Made by a program: the position numbers and the translations under genes
Assembly (NCBI GenBank): GCA_003599275.1
Contig: QZJG01000004.1
Span: 87 to 64,086 of the forward strand
Reading direction: 5' to 3'
DNA: 64,000 bases
From: Nitrospiraceae bacterium
GTDB taxonomy: Bacteria; Nitrospirota; Thermodesulfovibrionia; UBA6902
Notes under the pieces: model-generated
What the model saw: only the letters and a program-made list of their open reading frames with translations
Database searches by the model: none
What the model was told of the DNA's origin: nothing
Shown: piece by piece, positions 36,619 through 45,928 of the stretch
Layout of the letters: each line of letters opens with the position of its first letter
Position numbering within the stretch: the stretch's first letter is position 1

Positions 36619-37878
36619 TCACTCCCATTTCTCCGCGAGAACACCTTTTTTCTCCTCAAATACCCTGCACAACCTCTCGATCTTCTCTTCCACTTCCTGC
36701 GCGCCGCTGTCCCATGCCTCTATGACAAATGACGCGGTCCTGCCTATGTAAAGCGGGGTCAGCGATTTCAGGAGGTGCTCCCTGTTCATTATCTTTTTAT
36801 GGGCCGCAACGGCAAAACTGTAGATGATCTCAACCCATACTTCTTCGGGCATATTGAATTCTTCCTTTTTCAGGTCTCCCGCTTTATCCAGAAAAGCGAT
36901 TATCTCCTGCGGAAGAAATTCCTTCCATATGTCCTTCAATTCCCTGACACCGAGACTGAACCTCTCCAGCATCCTTTCGATATTGACGGATACAGGCTCA
37001 AGCCCTACCGCGTATTGAAAGCCGAAGACCGGCACCGGCCCAGAGACTTTTATGTTTTTCCATGAATGCGCATATGTCTCCATAAGATCAAATGTCGCAC
37101 TCACCACCTGATACAACATTGCGCTCAGGTCTGCGCCGGGGTCTTTCGGGTCGTGTATCTTTGCGCCTAAGAATGACTGGCAGACCCTGAAATTATTTGC
37201 AATAGCCGTAGTCGTCATCCAGATGTCGATACCGTATCTTGCAACGTCTGTTTCCCAGACGTCTTTGGTCAGATAAAATTTTGCGAGCCTGCCTGAAAAA
37301 CCGAAATCCCCGCCAATAGGCTGACGTATTCTTTTGCCGTACAGCGCGCGGCTCAACGGATAGACAATGCTGTTGGTTATGGTCCCGTCGTACTTGTGCC
37401 TGTGGTACAGAGGGGCAACGTAATCAAAATCGCCTTCGATCACCGGCTTGATGAGAAGTTCTATCCACTCCGGCGTAATGCTCCTCAGGTCGGAATCCAC
37501 CACGGCGCACGCCTTTGCATTGACCGCATCCGCTATCTCAAATATGGTCCTGAAGGCGCTGCCTTTACCGGGTATACCGTGATACGGCGTTGCTAATTTA
37601 AAAAAAGGCGACACACTGTGTGAAAGGAGAACGGACTGAAAATCTTCCACTGTCGTATTCTGAACAATGTCCATTGTTCCGTCTGTCGAGCCGCCGTCGG
37701 AATTGACGAGCACACACTTTTTATCAGGAAAATATTTTGCAAACCCGGCCTGCACAGCCCTTACCACGTGACCGATAGTGCGGGCATTGTTGTAGCTGGG
37801 GATGCCGACGATAATGTCCGCTTCCTTTATCTCATCAATCCGTTCCTGGATCTCTTTTCTGAAATTGAAATTCGCCAT
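36619..37878 (-). CDS. GT-A fold glycosyltransferase, distantly GpgS/GT81-like (possible compatible-solute synthase)
   Basis: IIVGIPSYNNARTIGHVVRAV, NSDGGSTDGT, VVDSDL (DxD) and QPIGGDFGFSG (compare PLAGEF in GpgS-type enzymes). It lies immediately downstream of treY. Confidence 0.72.
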   Translation of the reverse strand: MANFNFRKEIQERIDEIKEADIIVGIPSYNNARTIGHVVRAVQAGFAKYFPDKKCVLVNSDGGSTDGTMDIVQNTTVEDFQSVLLSHSVSPFFKLATPYHGIPGKGSAFRTIFEIADAVNAKACAVVDSDLRSITPEWIELLIKPVIEGDFDYVAPLYHRHKYDGTITNSIVYPLSRALYGKRIRQPIGGDFGFSGRLAKFYLTKDVWETDVARYGIDIWMTTTAIANNFRVCQSFLGAKIHDPKDPGADLSAMLYQVVSATFDLMETYAHSWKNIKVSGPVPVFGFQYAVGLEPVSVNIERMLERFSLGVRELKDIWKEFLPQEIIAFLDKAGDLKKEEFNMPEEVWVEIIYSFAVAAHKKIMNREHLLKSLTPLYIGRTASFVIEAWDSGAQEVEEKIERLCRVFEEKKGVLAEKWE

Positions 37879-37917
37879 GAGTTTGTCAGCTTATCCGGAC
37901 TTGCTCCAAATAATACT

Positions 37918-40911
37918 TTATGAATAAACTGGAATAATCCTCTCCAGCAATGCGACGGGAAAATTTGCAAAAACCTCTGAGAAGAACAAAACATCCGTCC
38001 CGTCCTGTTTCCGGACCGCCACACTCTCTCCCGTAAAAATGTTTCTGTATCCCGATCCGGCCTCGTCAGGCGGAACAATCAGAAAGGAATCTGCCCATAC
38101 TTCTGCACCAAACGGAAGGCCCTCAGGCTGTATAAGCCCTGTGAGGAATCTGGGTACGGCGACCAGCGCAGTTGAGGCCCCGGCCTTTCTCGCGAAGGCG
38201 CAGACATGTTCGCTCTTTTCGCCCCTTACTTCAAGCGGTATGTATTCACCTGCGTCAAAGAGCATACGGTTGTCCCTGCGGAAGTTCAGGGCTTTGTATG
38301 TCAGATAAAGTTTTATCCTCCCGTCTTCCTTATTCGCCGTCAGTTCCCTTGCGAATTCCGTAGGCGTTTTTTCGGACCCGTCCTTTTTGATCTCTTCAAG
38401 CATCCTTGTCCTATCGTTGTAATCGACGGGTCTCCGGTTGTCCGGATCGACAAGGCTGAAATCCCATATCTCCGTCCCCTGATAAAAATCCGGAACGCCG
38501 GGAGATGTTATCTTCAGGAGCGTCTGTGAGAGCGAATTAAACATCCCGTAATGCGAGATCACCTTTTGAAAGGGAAGGAAGTCTTTCAGAAACTCATTGT
38601 CATGCATGCCCGACATTACGGACTCTATAAAAGTAATGAGGGCATCTTCATAAGCGGCATGCGGGCTTATCCAGCTCGTGTTTATCTTGGCCTCTCTTGC
38701 CGCCTTTAACATGTAATCTCCGGTCCTCTTTTTTAAGATTTCGTAGTGCCCCTCCCCTTCAATTCCCCCCTTCCCAAGGGGGGATGCAGGGGGGTCAACA
38801 GGCCACGCGCCGGCAAGTGTCTGGTACAAAAGATACTCTTCATTGCGGTCCGGGGCCATCCGGCCTTCAACGACGATCTTCTTTTTTTTATTCAGCCTGC
38901 TCCAGCGGTTGAGATGTCCCTTCCATTTTTCCGGAAGCTCGGAAAGGACGTCGAGCCTCGCCCTCACGTCCTCGCTCCGCTTTGAATCATGTGTTGAAGT
39001 GGCTATCATGGCGTGAGGCCAGAACTTGCTTCGCTCTATATTCTGCCCGTGGAATGTCTCTAATTGAGTGCCGAACCTGTCGGGACTTCCGCCTACTTCA
39101 TTGAGGCAGACAAAGCGGTTGTAAACATAAAAAACGGTGTCCTCAACCCCCTTTGCCATGACCGGGCCGGTGAGCTGCTGGAACCTCATGACAAAATCAA
39201 GCCGCTCCTTTTTGTCATTATCATCAAATTGATCGAGGGAGTTAAGCAGGAGCACGTCCCTGAGGAAATCAAAAATGGACCCGCTGATGGCGGGGTTCGT
39301 CCGTTTCGCCTTTGATACTGCAAGCTCAATATATTTCCTGTCCTTGTCGTTGACGCCCGAAGGATTTATGTAGGTCCTGTATACCGGGAAGAGGGCTATA
39401 ACTTCGACAATGGCGTTTACGAGGCTGTTCAGGGTAAAATCCCTCGTGTGCCTGTCCTTCTCCGAGATGCGGTTAAGATAGTGCCCGAGGGTGTTGATCT
39501 CGCTCGCCATCGCAACATTCATTATTAATTTCTTTTTTTCATACACAAGGTCCTGGTAATTTATCTTCTGTTTAATGAATCTGGTATAGATGTCGTCAAA
39601 CTCCTTTGCGCTCCCGGTCCGGATAAAGATGCCGTTTACCGAATTCAGGAAGACATAGCCCGTGGTGCTGAAGATGGGCCAGTCTTCAGGCATCCTCTCC
39701 CCCCTGATCAGGATTTTTTCGCCGACGATGTAGAAAGGTTTGTACTGCGGGTCTTTCAATAACTCATCCCAGTAAAGCCTTAATGCCTCCTCCGGGAGCT
39801 CTTTGAGTCTCTTTTGCACAAAGCAGTCCCGCTGCAGGCAACTGAGGTACTCGGACGGTTTGTAAAGGCCGTCGGGATGATCGACCCTCAGTCCGGTGAC
39901 CTTTTCTTCCCTGACCAGTTTGAATATCAGCCTGTGGGCCTCTCCGTAAACCGCCGGTTCTTCCATCCTGATCGCAGCGAGCTCGTTGATATCGAAAAAC
40001 CTCCTGTAATTAATTTCGTCGGTCGCAACCCGCCAGTGAGAGAGCCTGTATATCTGCTCGGTAAGGAGCTTGTCAAGGAGGTCGAAGCTTTTATGGTCGC
40101 CTCTGACGCCGTTAAAAATGCGGACATTTTCATCGATGAAATTTTTTACCTCCGCGCTTTCACTGTACAGGTCCAGCAGTCTCTTTTTTATGATCTCCTT
40201 TTCGCGGTATCTCTCCGTGACTTTTTCATGGTCCCTTTCGGTGAAATGGGGCAAATGATTGATAGCGGTCATAATGCTCAACAATTCCGCCAAATAAGGA
40301 CCGTAGCCCGGCAGCAACTGCTCCAGCTCTTCGAGGCGGAATTGAAGCACGTTCGCATACGTTTGCGGGCTGACCGGGAACTTATGGTCGTAATATTGTA
40401 TAAAAAAAGACCCTTCCTCAAAAGCCAGTTGGAGCTCCCCGTTGTCGAGGACGTTCCCGTACTGGTCGCCCAAAAAAGGAAGAAGGACCCTGTATCTGAG
40501 CTCATCCTTCACCGGCGTCCAGTCGATGTCAAAGAAGCCCGCATATACGGAGCACGGCCCGTTTTCGAGCACATCCATCCACCACGCATTCTCCCTGCTC
40601 GCGATGCACATGTGGTTTGGGACGATATCGAGGACCTGTCCCATTCCATGCCTGCCGAGCTCCCTTACAAGCTCATCGTATTCTTCTTCCGTCCCTACTT
40701 CCGGATTCAATTCATTGTGATTTACAATATCGTATCCATGAAGACTCCCCTCTTTTGCCCGGAAATACGGGGACGCGTAGATGTCCGAAATGCCCAGGTC
40801 GCTGAGGTAGGGAACAATCCGTTTCGCTTCGGCGAACGTGAAAATCCCGTTGAACTGGAGCCGGTATGTTGAGACCGGAATTCTTGCTGCTGGAATATCA
40901 TTAGTCGGCAT
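37918..40911 (-). CDS. treY: Malto-oligosyltrehalose synthase
   Basis: 997 aa. N-terminus STYRLQF...DLGISDIYASPYF..GSLHGYD, DIVPNH and RVDHPDG are typical of TreY (GH13). Confidence 0.92.
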   Translation of the reverse strand: MPTNDIPAARIPVSTYRLQFNGIFTFAEAKRIVPYLSDLGISDIYASPYFRAKEGSLHGYDIVNHNELNPEVGTEEEYDELVRELGRHGMGQVLDIVPNHMCIASRENAWWMDVLENGPCSVYAGFFDIDWTPVKDELRYRVLLPFLGDQYGNVLDNGELQLAFEEGSFFIQYYDHKFPVSPQTYANVLQFRLEELEQLLPGYGPYLAELLSIMTAINHLPHFTERDHEKVTERYREKEIIKKRLLDLYSESAEVKNFIDENVRIFNGVRGDHKSFDLLDKLLTEQIYRLSHWRVATDEINYRRFFDINELAAIRMEEPAVYGEAHRLIFKLVREEKVTGLRVDHPDGLYKPSEYLSCLQRDCFVQKRLKELPEEALRLYWDELLKDPQYKPFYIVGEKILIRGERMPEDWPIFSTTGYVFLNSVNGIFIRTGSAKEFDDIYTRFIKQKINYQDLVYEKKKLIMNVAMASEINTLGHYLNRISEKDRHTRDFTLNSLVNAIVEVIALFPVYRTYINPSGVNDKDRKYIELAVSKAKRTNPAISGSIFDFLRDVLLLNSLDQFDDNDKKERLDFVMRFQQLTGPVMAKGVEDTVFYVYNRFVCLNEVGGSPDRFGTQLETFHGQNIERSKFWPHAMIATSTHDSKRSEDVRARLDVLSELPEKWKGHLNRWSRLNKKKKIVVEGRMAPDRNEEYLLYQTLAGAWPVDPPASPLGKGGIEGEGHYEILKKRTGDYMLKAAREAKINTSWISPHAAYEDALITFIESVMSGMHDNEFLKDFLPFQKVISHYGMFNSLSQTLLKITSPGVPDFYQGTEIWDFSLVDPDNRRPVDYNDRTRMLEEIKKDGSEKTPTEFARELTANKEDGRIKLYLTYKALNFRRDNRMLFDAGEYIPLEVRGEKSEHVCAFARKAGASTALVAVPRFLTGLIQPEGLPFGAEVWADSFLIVPPDEAGSGYRNIFTGESVAVRKQDGTDVLFFSEVFANFPVALLERIIPVYS
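38764..38784. repeat. GC-rich hairpin inside treY (core of a 48-bp C/G-rich insert, 38749-38796)
   Basis: TCCCCCCTT ccc AAGGGGGGA (9-bp stem), flanked by CCCCTCCCC and CAGGGGGG. It encodes PPASPLGKGGIEGEG. Confidence 0.6.
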
Positions 40912-40922
40912 TTAATATCACC

Positions 40923-42872
40923 CTAACCCTCTCTCGGTACGAGTCGTTTCCGACCAGTCAAGGGAGAGGGAAATCCTGACCTGTACAAAACCAAGCTGTG
41001 ACCTTTTATATTCAATGAGACTTCCGGGCTGTTCGGTTCTATTTCTCTGACAGATACGCCCCCTTCTCCTCCCCATTCCTTTGAAGAGGAGTCGAGTATC
41101 TTCTCCCGGACGCCTTCGACCTTCAATTTGATATTGACCCGGCTCTCACTAAAATTATATACGCAAAATATCTCATCTCCTTCAAACCATCTCCTGACAA
41201 ATAGAACTTTCTCTCCCGATTCCCCTCTATTACACACCCCTGCACCCCTCTCAAGAGGGGAATGGGGCAGGGGTGTGTTTTCTCCAATCCTCATAACCTC
41301 CATGTTATCTTTACTTGAATTTGAAAGCGCGGGGATTTCTTTTCTCATCCTTATAAGCTCTCTGTAAAATCGAAAGAGGACATTGTGTTTGCCTTCATGA
41401 TGAAGGCCGATGTTTATCTTCGAATTTAAAAACGTCTGCTCGGCCTGCGGGTCGGGGACTTCTCCTTCCCATCCGAAGGATGCAAACTCTTCCCTCCTAC
41501 CTTTCCTCACAGCCTCGATGAGATGCTCGTCGGAATGACTTACGAAATACTGGAACGGCGCAGTCTCGCCGTATTCTTCACCCATGAAGATAAGCGGTAT
41601 GAATGGAGAAAGTATTACAACTCCCGCAGCGAGTTTGAGTTTTTCAAATGACCGGGTTTGACTAAGTCTGTCCCCTGTCATCCTGTTTCCAACCTGATCG
41701 TGATTTTGTGAAAACACGACAAACTGCGACGCAGGTCTGTCCTTTGTAGAACTGCCGTGCCTCCTTTTCCTGTATTTGGAATATTCGCCTGAATAGACAA
41801 AACCTTCTCTGAATGCCTTCTCAAGATGCTTTATGCTTCCGAAGTCCTGATAATAACCTTTGCCTTCACCCGTCAAAAGCGTATGTAAGGCGTGATGGAA
41901 ATCGTCATTCCACTGGGCATCAAGGCCATGTCCGCCGGTCTCTGCGGGATTTATTGCTCTCACATCGTTGAGATCGCTTTCGGCGATGACATATACTTTT
42001 CTCTTCAATGCCTCTGACTGTTTGTGCACTGCATCGGCCAATTCCTGTAAAAAATGCCTTGCGCTGAAATCATATATCCCGTGAATGGCGTCTATTCTCA
42101 GTGCATCGACATGATATTCAGTTGTCCAGTAAAGGGCATTGCTGATGAAATATTTTCTCACTTCATTACTGTAAGGTCCGTCAAAATTGACCGCGTCGCC
42201 CCATGGGGTTTTGTATCTGTCCGTAAAATAGAATCCGAAATTGTTCGTGTAATTCCCCTCCGGACCCAAGTGGTTGTAAACGACGTCGAGTATGACCGCA
42301 ATCCCTTTTTTATGGCACTCATTTACAAGACGTTTAAGACCGTCAGGCCCGCCGTAGGAGTTTTGGACGGCAAAAGGACATGCGCCGTCATATCCCCAGT
42401 TCCTCTCTCCCGGAAACTGGGCGACAGGCATGAGTTCAACTGCTGTGATTCCGAGTTCTTTCAGGTAATCAAGATGCGTAACGGCAGACACAAAAGTGCC
42501 CTCTCCTGTAAATGTCCCGACGTGCAGCTCATAGATCATGTAATCGTGAAGCGGGATGCCTTTCCAGTCGCCGTCTTCCCACTGAAATGAGATGTGGTCA
42601 ACTACCTGTGAAGGGCCGTGTACGCCGTCAGGTTGAAAATGAGACGCGGGGTCGGGTCTTTCAGTCCCGCCATCGAGCCTGTATAAATAACGCGCTCCGG
42701 GGAACACGCCGTCAACTTCCGACCTCCAGTACCCGCAGCCGTCACTCTCCGGAGAGACCAGTCGTTCATCAGGAGACATGATCTTTACCTTCAATTCTTT
42801 TATAAAGGGGGCCCAGACAACAAATTCACATTTCCCGTTTCCATGATACCAAGCGCCTATTCTCATTTTCAT
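40923..42872 (-). CDS. treZ: Malto-oligosyltrehalose trehalohydrolase
   Basis: 649 aa. CBM48-like N-terminus, YELHVGTFT, WGYDG, LDVVYNH, ALRIDA, VIAESD and FSQNHDQ are typical of TreZ (GH13). Confidence 0.92.
   Translation of the reverse strand: MKMRIGAWYHGNGKCEFVVWAPFIKELKVKIMSPDERLVSPESDGCGYWRSEVDGVFPGARYLYRLDGGTERPDPASHFQPDGVHGPSQVVDHISFQWEDGDWKGIPLHDYMIYELHVGTFTGEGTFVSAVTHLDYLKELGITAVELMPVAQFPGERNWGYDGACPFAVQNSYGGPDGLKRLVNECHKKGIAVILDVVYNHLGPEGNYTNNFGFYFTDRYKTPWGDAVNFDGPYSNEVRKYFISNALYWTTEYHVDALRIDAIHGIYDFSARHFLQELADAVHKQSEALKRKVYVIAESDLNDVRAINPAETGGHGLDAQWNDDFHHALHTLLTGEGKGYYQDFGSIKHLEKAFREGFVYSGEYSKYRKRRHGSSTKDRPASQFVVFSQNHDQVGNRMTGDRLSQTRSFEKLKLAAGVVILSPFIPLIFMGEEYGETAPFQYFVSHSDEHLIEAVRKGRREEFASFGWEGEVPDPQAEQTFLNSKINIGLHHEGKHNVLFRFYRELIRMRKEIPALSNSSKDNMEVMRIGENTPLPHSPLERGAGVCNRGESGEKVLFVRRWFEGDEIFCVYNFSESRVNIKLKVEGVREKILDSSSKEWGGEGGVSVREIEPNSPEVSLNIKGHSLVLYRSGFPSPLTGRKRLVPREG
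41242..41288. repeat. 47-bp GC-rich palindromic element embedded in frame in treZ
   Basis: ACACACCCCTGC...GCAGGGGTGTGT is a perfect 12-bp outer stem, with an inner CCCCTC/GAGGGG stem. It encodes NTPLPHSPLERGAGVC. Confidence 0.8.
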
Positions 42873-42884
42873 TTACCTGTGAAA

Positions 42885-42913
42885 AAGATAAACCACATGC
42901 TGAATTATGTCAA
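42885..42913 (-). promoter_or_regulatory. Putative sigma70-like promoter upstream of treZ-treY
   Basis: Minus strand: TTGACA (42913-42908), 17-bp spacer, TATCTT (42890-42885). The ATG at 42872 is only 12 nt from the -10 box, so the leader would be very short. Confidence 0.3.
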
Positions 42914-43001
42914 CTTTAATTTAGCTGAAACAGTCCATGTGCAATTCTGTTTGCAATTCCCCCATGACTTAATACCATGAAGCCGGCTTTATCTTCCCGT
43001 A

Positions 43002-44474
43002 TTATTCAGATTGCACAGCCTGCGTATTGACGATGGAACGCACTTTATTAAAAGCGTCTCTATCAGCGAGCACGAGCATGTTGTCCCCTTCCCTGAGGAC
43101 CGTTCCCCCGCCTGGAACAAAAAACTCGTCATCCCTTTTGATTAACACAACCAATGCGCCATCCGGAAGACCGAGCTCTAAAATCCGTTTATTGCTTGCC
43201 GCTGAATTGTCAGGGACCACGATTTCTGTTAAATCACACTTCATCTTTCCCGTCGGCTCGCACTCAAGAGGATACGTTGGTTTTACAGGAAGCGGAGCCT
43301 CTACGCCGAGCCATTTAGCAATTAGAGGAATTGTGCTTCCCTGAAGCAGCGCAGAGCTCAACACGATAAAGAAGACCATATTAAATATCATATCCGCCTT
43401 TGGAATGCCCGCAAGGAGTGGAAATGTAGCGAGGATAATCGGAACAGCGCCCCGCAATCCGACCCACGAGACCATAGTCTTTTCTCTGACGGTCATACCG
43501 GAAAAGACTGTGTTCAAAAAAACTCCTGCAGGACGAGCCACCAACATCAAGAATAAGGAAATCGCCAGCCCTGCGCCAATGACCGGGACAAGACGGGAAG
43601 GGAAGACAAGAAGCCCCAACACCAAAAACATGGAAATTTGCATAAGCCATGCAAGGCCGTCATGAAACCTCTTCAGGCTGTTCTTATGGATGAAATTACG
43701 GTGGCCCAGAACCAGCCCTGCGATATAAACCGCGAGAAAGCCGTTTCCCCCGGCTGTGGCTGTAACTCCATAGGTTAGAAGGACTGAAGACAGGCTCAAC
43801 ACCGGATAGAGTCCTTCATACTCCAGTTTCAGATTATTAACAAGATACACCATTCCACGGCCCATAAAGTAGCCCAGAAGAGCGCCGAGAACCATCTGTT
43901 GGATGAACATCGGTATTAAGCTAAGAACGGATTCTCCCGGATGAAGCAGAAGACTGACGAAGCCAATCGTAAGCAGGACGGCCATAGGGTCATTGCTGCC
44001 GGACTCAAGTTCAAGCAATGGCTTTAACCTTCCAGTGAGACTCACTTTCCTGGATCTGAGCACTGAAAATACTGCGGCAGCATCAGTTGATGATATAATG
44101 GCCCCAAGCAGAAGGCCTTCAAGCAAAGAAAAATTCAGAACAGCTGTTGCAAACCAGCCAACCAGCAGCGCTGTAATGAACACGCCAACTGTAGAAAGCG
44201 CCGCTGCAGTCCACAGGACTGGTCTGACACTTGTCCACTCAGTATCCATGCCTCCCGCAAAGAGTATGAATGACAGGGCCATCACACCAAGAAACTGCGC
44301 GAGGTAGGGGTCATCGAAATGTATTCCGCCCGGGCCGTCCGAGCCAGCAAGCATCCCCACAACAAGAAACAGGAGCAGTGCCGGAATGCCCAGTTTATCC
44401 GAGGCCTTGCTCGCAATGATGCTCAGGAGCAAAAGGACCGCTGCGCCTGCAAGTATGTATTCAATGGAGATCAT
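43002..44474 (-). CDS. K+(Na+)/H+ antiporter, CPA1 NhaP2-type, with C-terminal TrkA-C domain
   Basis: 490 aa with ~12 TM segments, [10 protein letters not shown] motif and a C-terminal TrkA-C-like region ([49 protein letters not shown]). Confidence 0.85.
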   Translation of the reverse strand: MISIEYILAGAAVLLLLSIIASKASDKLGIPALLLFLVVGMLAGSDGPGGIHFDDPYLAQFLGVMALSFILFAGGMDTEWTSVRPVLWTAAALSTVGVFITALLVGWFATAVLNFSLLEGLLLGAIISSTDAAAVFSVLRSRKVSLTGRLKPLLELESGSNDPMAVLLTIGFVSLLLHPGESVLSLIPMFIQQMVLGALLGYFMGRGMVYLVNNLKLEYEGLYPVLSLSSVLLTYGVTATAGGNGFLAVYIAGLVLGHRNFIHKNSLKRFHDGLAWLMQISMFLVLGLLVFPSRLVPVIGAGLAISLFLMLVARPAGVFLNTVFSGMTVREKTMVSWVGLRGAVPIILATFPLLAGIPKADMIFNMVFFIVLSSALLQGSTIPLIAKWLGVEAPLPVKPTYPLECEPTGKMKCDLTEIVVPDNSAASNKRILELGLPDGALVVLIKRDDEFFVPGGGTVLREGDNMLVLADRDAFNKVRSIVNTQAVQSE

Positions 44475-44555
44475 ACCTCAGTTCCTCAACAATGCTGAGT
44501 TCCCTCATACAGCCGAGATAAATTCAATCATGAATGTTTTCCGCCGTGGTTCTGG

Positions 44556-44789
44556 TCATGCCTCTGCTTTCATCTGAGCGTAGAGACGCTCGGTGTCGTA
44601 CCGTCTGCACAGTTCTGTACCAGGCGTCATAACTGCTGCTGTGCCGGCAGCGATGCCAAAACGGACGGCATCCCGCTGGGACATACCCCTTGCCAAACTC
44701 AGAACAATACCAGCCACCATACTGTCCCCAGCCCCGACTTTACTGATAATCGGAACTGTGGCGGCGTCCTTTGATTTTTCATCATTTAC
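44556..44789 (-). pseudogene. C-terminal remnant (77 codons) of a PfkB-family sugar kinase (1-phosphofructokinase-like)
   Basis: My translation of the minus strand is VNDEKSKDAATVPIISKVGAGDSMVAGIVLSLARGMSQRDAVRFGIAAGTAAVMTPGTELCRRYDTERLYAQMKAEA*. GAGDSMVAG is the PfkB/FruK C-terminal signature. There is no start codon and no N-terminal ~230 aa. The frame opens directly after, and in frame with, the TGA of the upstream protease gene. Confidence 0.6.
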
Positions 44790-45899
44790 TCATCTCCCCC
44801 TTATTTGGACATATTTGGCGATGCCGTTCCGGGTAATGAGTCCCTGTATAATGTCCCCTTCCTTCACAACCAACCTCCCTGTATCTTCCCGTATCATCTT
44901 TTCAAGGGCCTTTATTACCTCATCTTCTGTGGATATTTCCCACTGCTTTTTATGTTGCAGATAAACTTCTTTGACCCTTGTGTCTTCAAAAGCGTTTTTC
45001 GGGATATCCTTTATTTCTTTAAGTGTTATCATGCCGAGGTACTTTCCATCAGAGACCACGGGAAAGCCTCCGTAACCATATCGTAAGAAGTAGTTATTCA
45101 CCGCTTCATCAATAGTAATGGACGGGCTGATTGTCACCATATCTTTCGTCATTATGTCTTTGACCTTAATCCCCGATAGAGATTCCTGGAGTGTCGATTG
45201 CTGATAGCTCGCCTGTGCCGCCGAATAAAGGAACCAGCCAATCAGCATCAGCCATAACCCGCCGGGCATCCTTGTGAATAAAGTGAATATCCCGAAAAAT
45301 ATAAAGAAGAGGGCTATCTTCTGACCAATGCTTGAAGCCTTCTGTGTTGCGTAGAAAAAGTTCTTTTTCTTTTCCCATATAATAGACCTCAGGACCCTTC
45401 CGCCATCCATCGGAAAACCGGGGATGAGATTGAAGATACCCAGTATTAGGTTGATCTGGGCAAGATAGGAAAAAAGGGCCTTCACGCTGCCGCCGGTATT
45501 TGCAGACAGGGAAAAGAAGACCAGCGCAAGAAAGAAGCTCGATAAGGGGCCTGCGATGGCTATCCTGAACTCCGCCTTTGGATGAGGCGGTTCGCCTTTC
45601 ATCTGTGCCACGCCACCGAAAATGAAGAGCGTAATGCTTTCTATGGAGATTTTGTATTTCTTTGCCACAAAAGAATGGGCAAGCTCGTGAAAGGCAACAG
45701 AGCCAAAAAGCAAAAGCGCTGCGAGAACGCCCTTAATCCAGTAAGAGACAGCCGGAAGGTCAGGCGCAGCCTTGGGAAAGTAAAAAGTGGAGAGTGACCA
45801 TGTAATTAAACCAAAGACAACAAACCATGTAAAATGCACCCTGATGGGTATCCCCATAAGCGTCCCTATTTTCCATGCACCCTGAAATAATCCGTTCAC
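44790..45899 (-). CDS. Site-2 protease family (M50) zinc metalloprotease with C-terminal CBS pair
   Basis: HELAHS (HExxH), LIPGFPMDGGR, multiple TM segments, then two CBS motifs (VKDIMTKDMVTI... / ...VVKEGDIIQGLITRNGI). Confidence 0.88.
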   Translation of the reverse strand: MNGLFQGAWKIGTLMGIPIRVHFTWFVVFGLITWSLSTFYFPKAAPDLPAVSYWIKGVLAALLLFGSVAFHELAHSFVAKKYKISIESITLFIFGGVAQMKGEPPHPKAEFRIAIAGPLSSFFLALVFFSLSANTGGSVKALFSYLAQINLILGIFNLIPGFPMDGGRVLRSIIWEKKKNFFYATQKASSIGQKIALFFIFFGIFTLFTRMPGGLWLMLIGWFLYSAAQASYQQSTLQESLSGIKVKDIMTKDMVTISPSITIDEAVNNYFLRYGYGGFPVVSDGKYLGMITLKEIKDIPKNAFEDTRVKEVYLQHKKQWEISTEDEVIKALEKMIREDTGRLVVKEGDIIQGLITRNGIAKYVQIRGR

Positions 45900-45928
45900 C
45901 TTTTCCTCCTTTATCTTTTATGGTTTTC

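Noticed and set aside
39814-40872. 352-aa plus-strand ORF inside treY
   Set aside because: It is antisense shadow of a strongly supported GH13 gene, with no motifs and an Arg/Pro/Val-rich composition.
44593-44964. 123-aa plus-strand ORF
   Set aside because: It is antisense to the PfkB remnant and to the 3' end of the site-2 protease gene, and it has no motifs.
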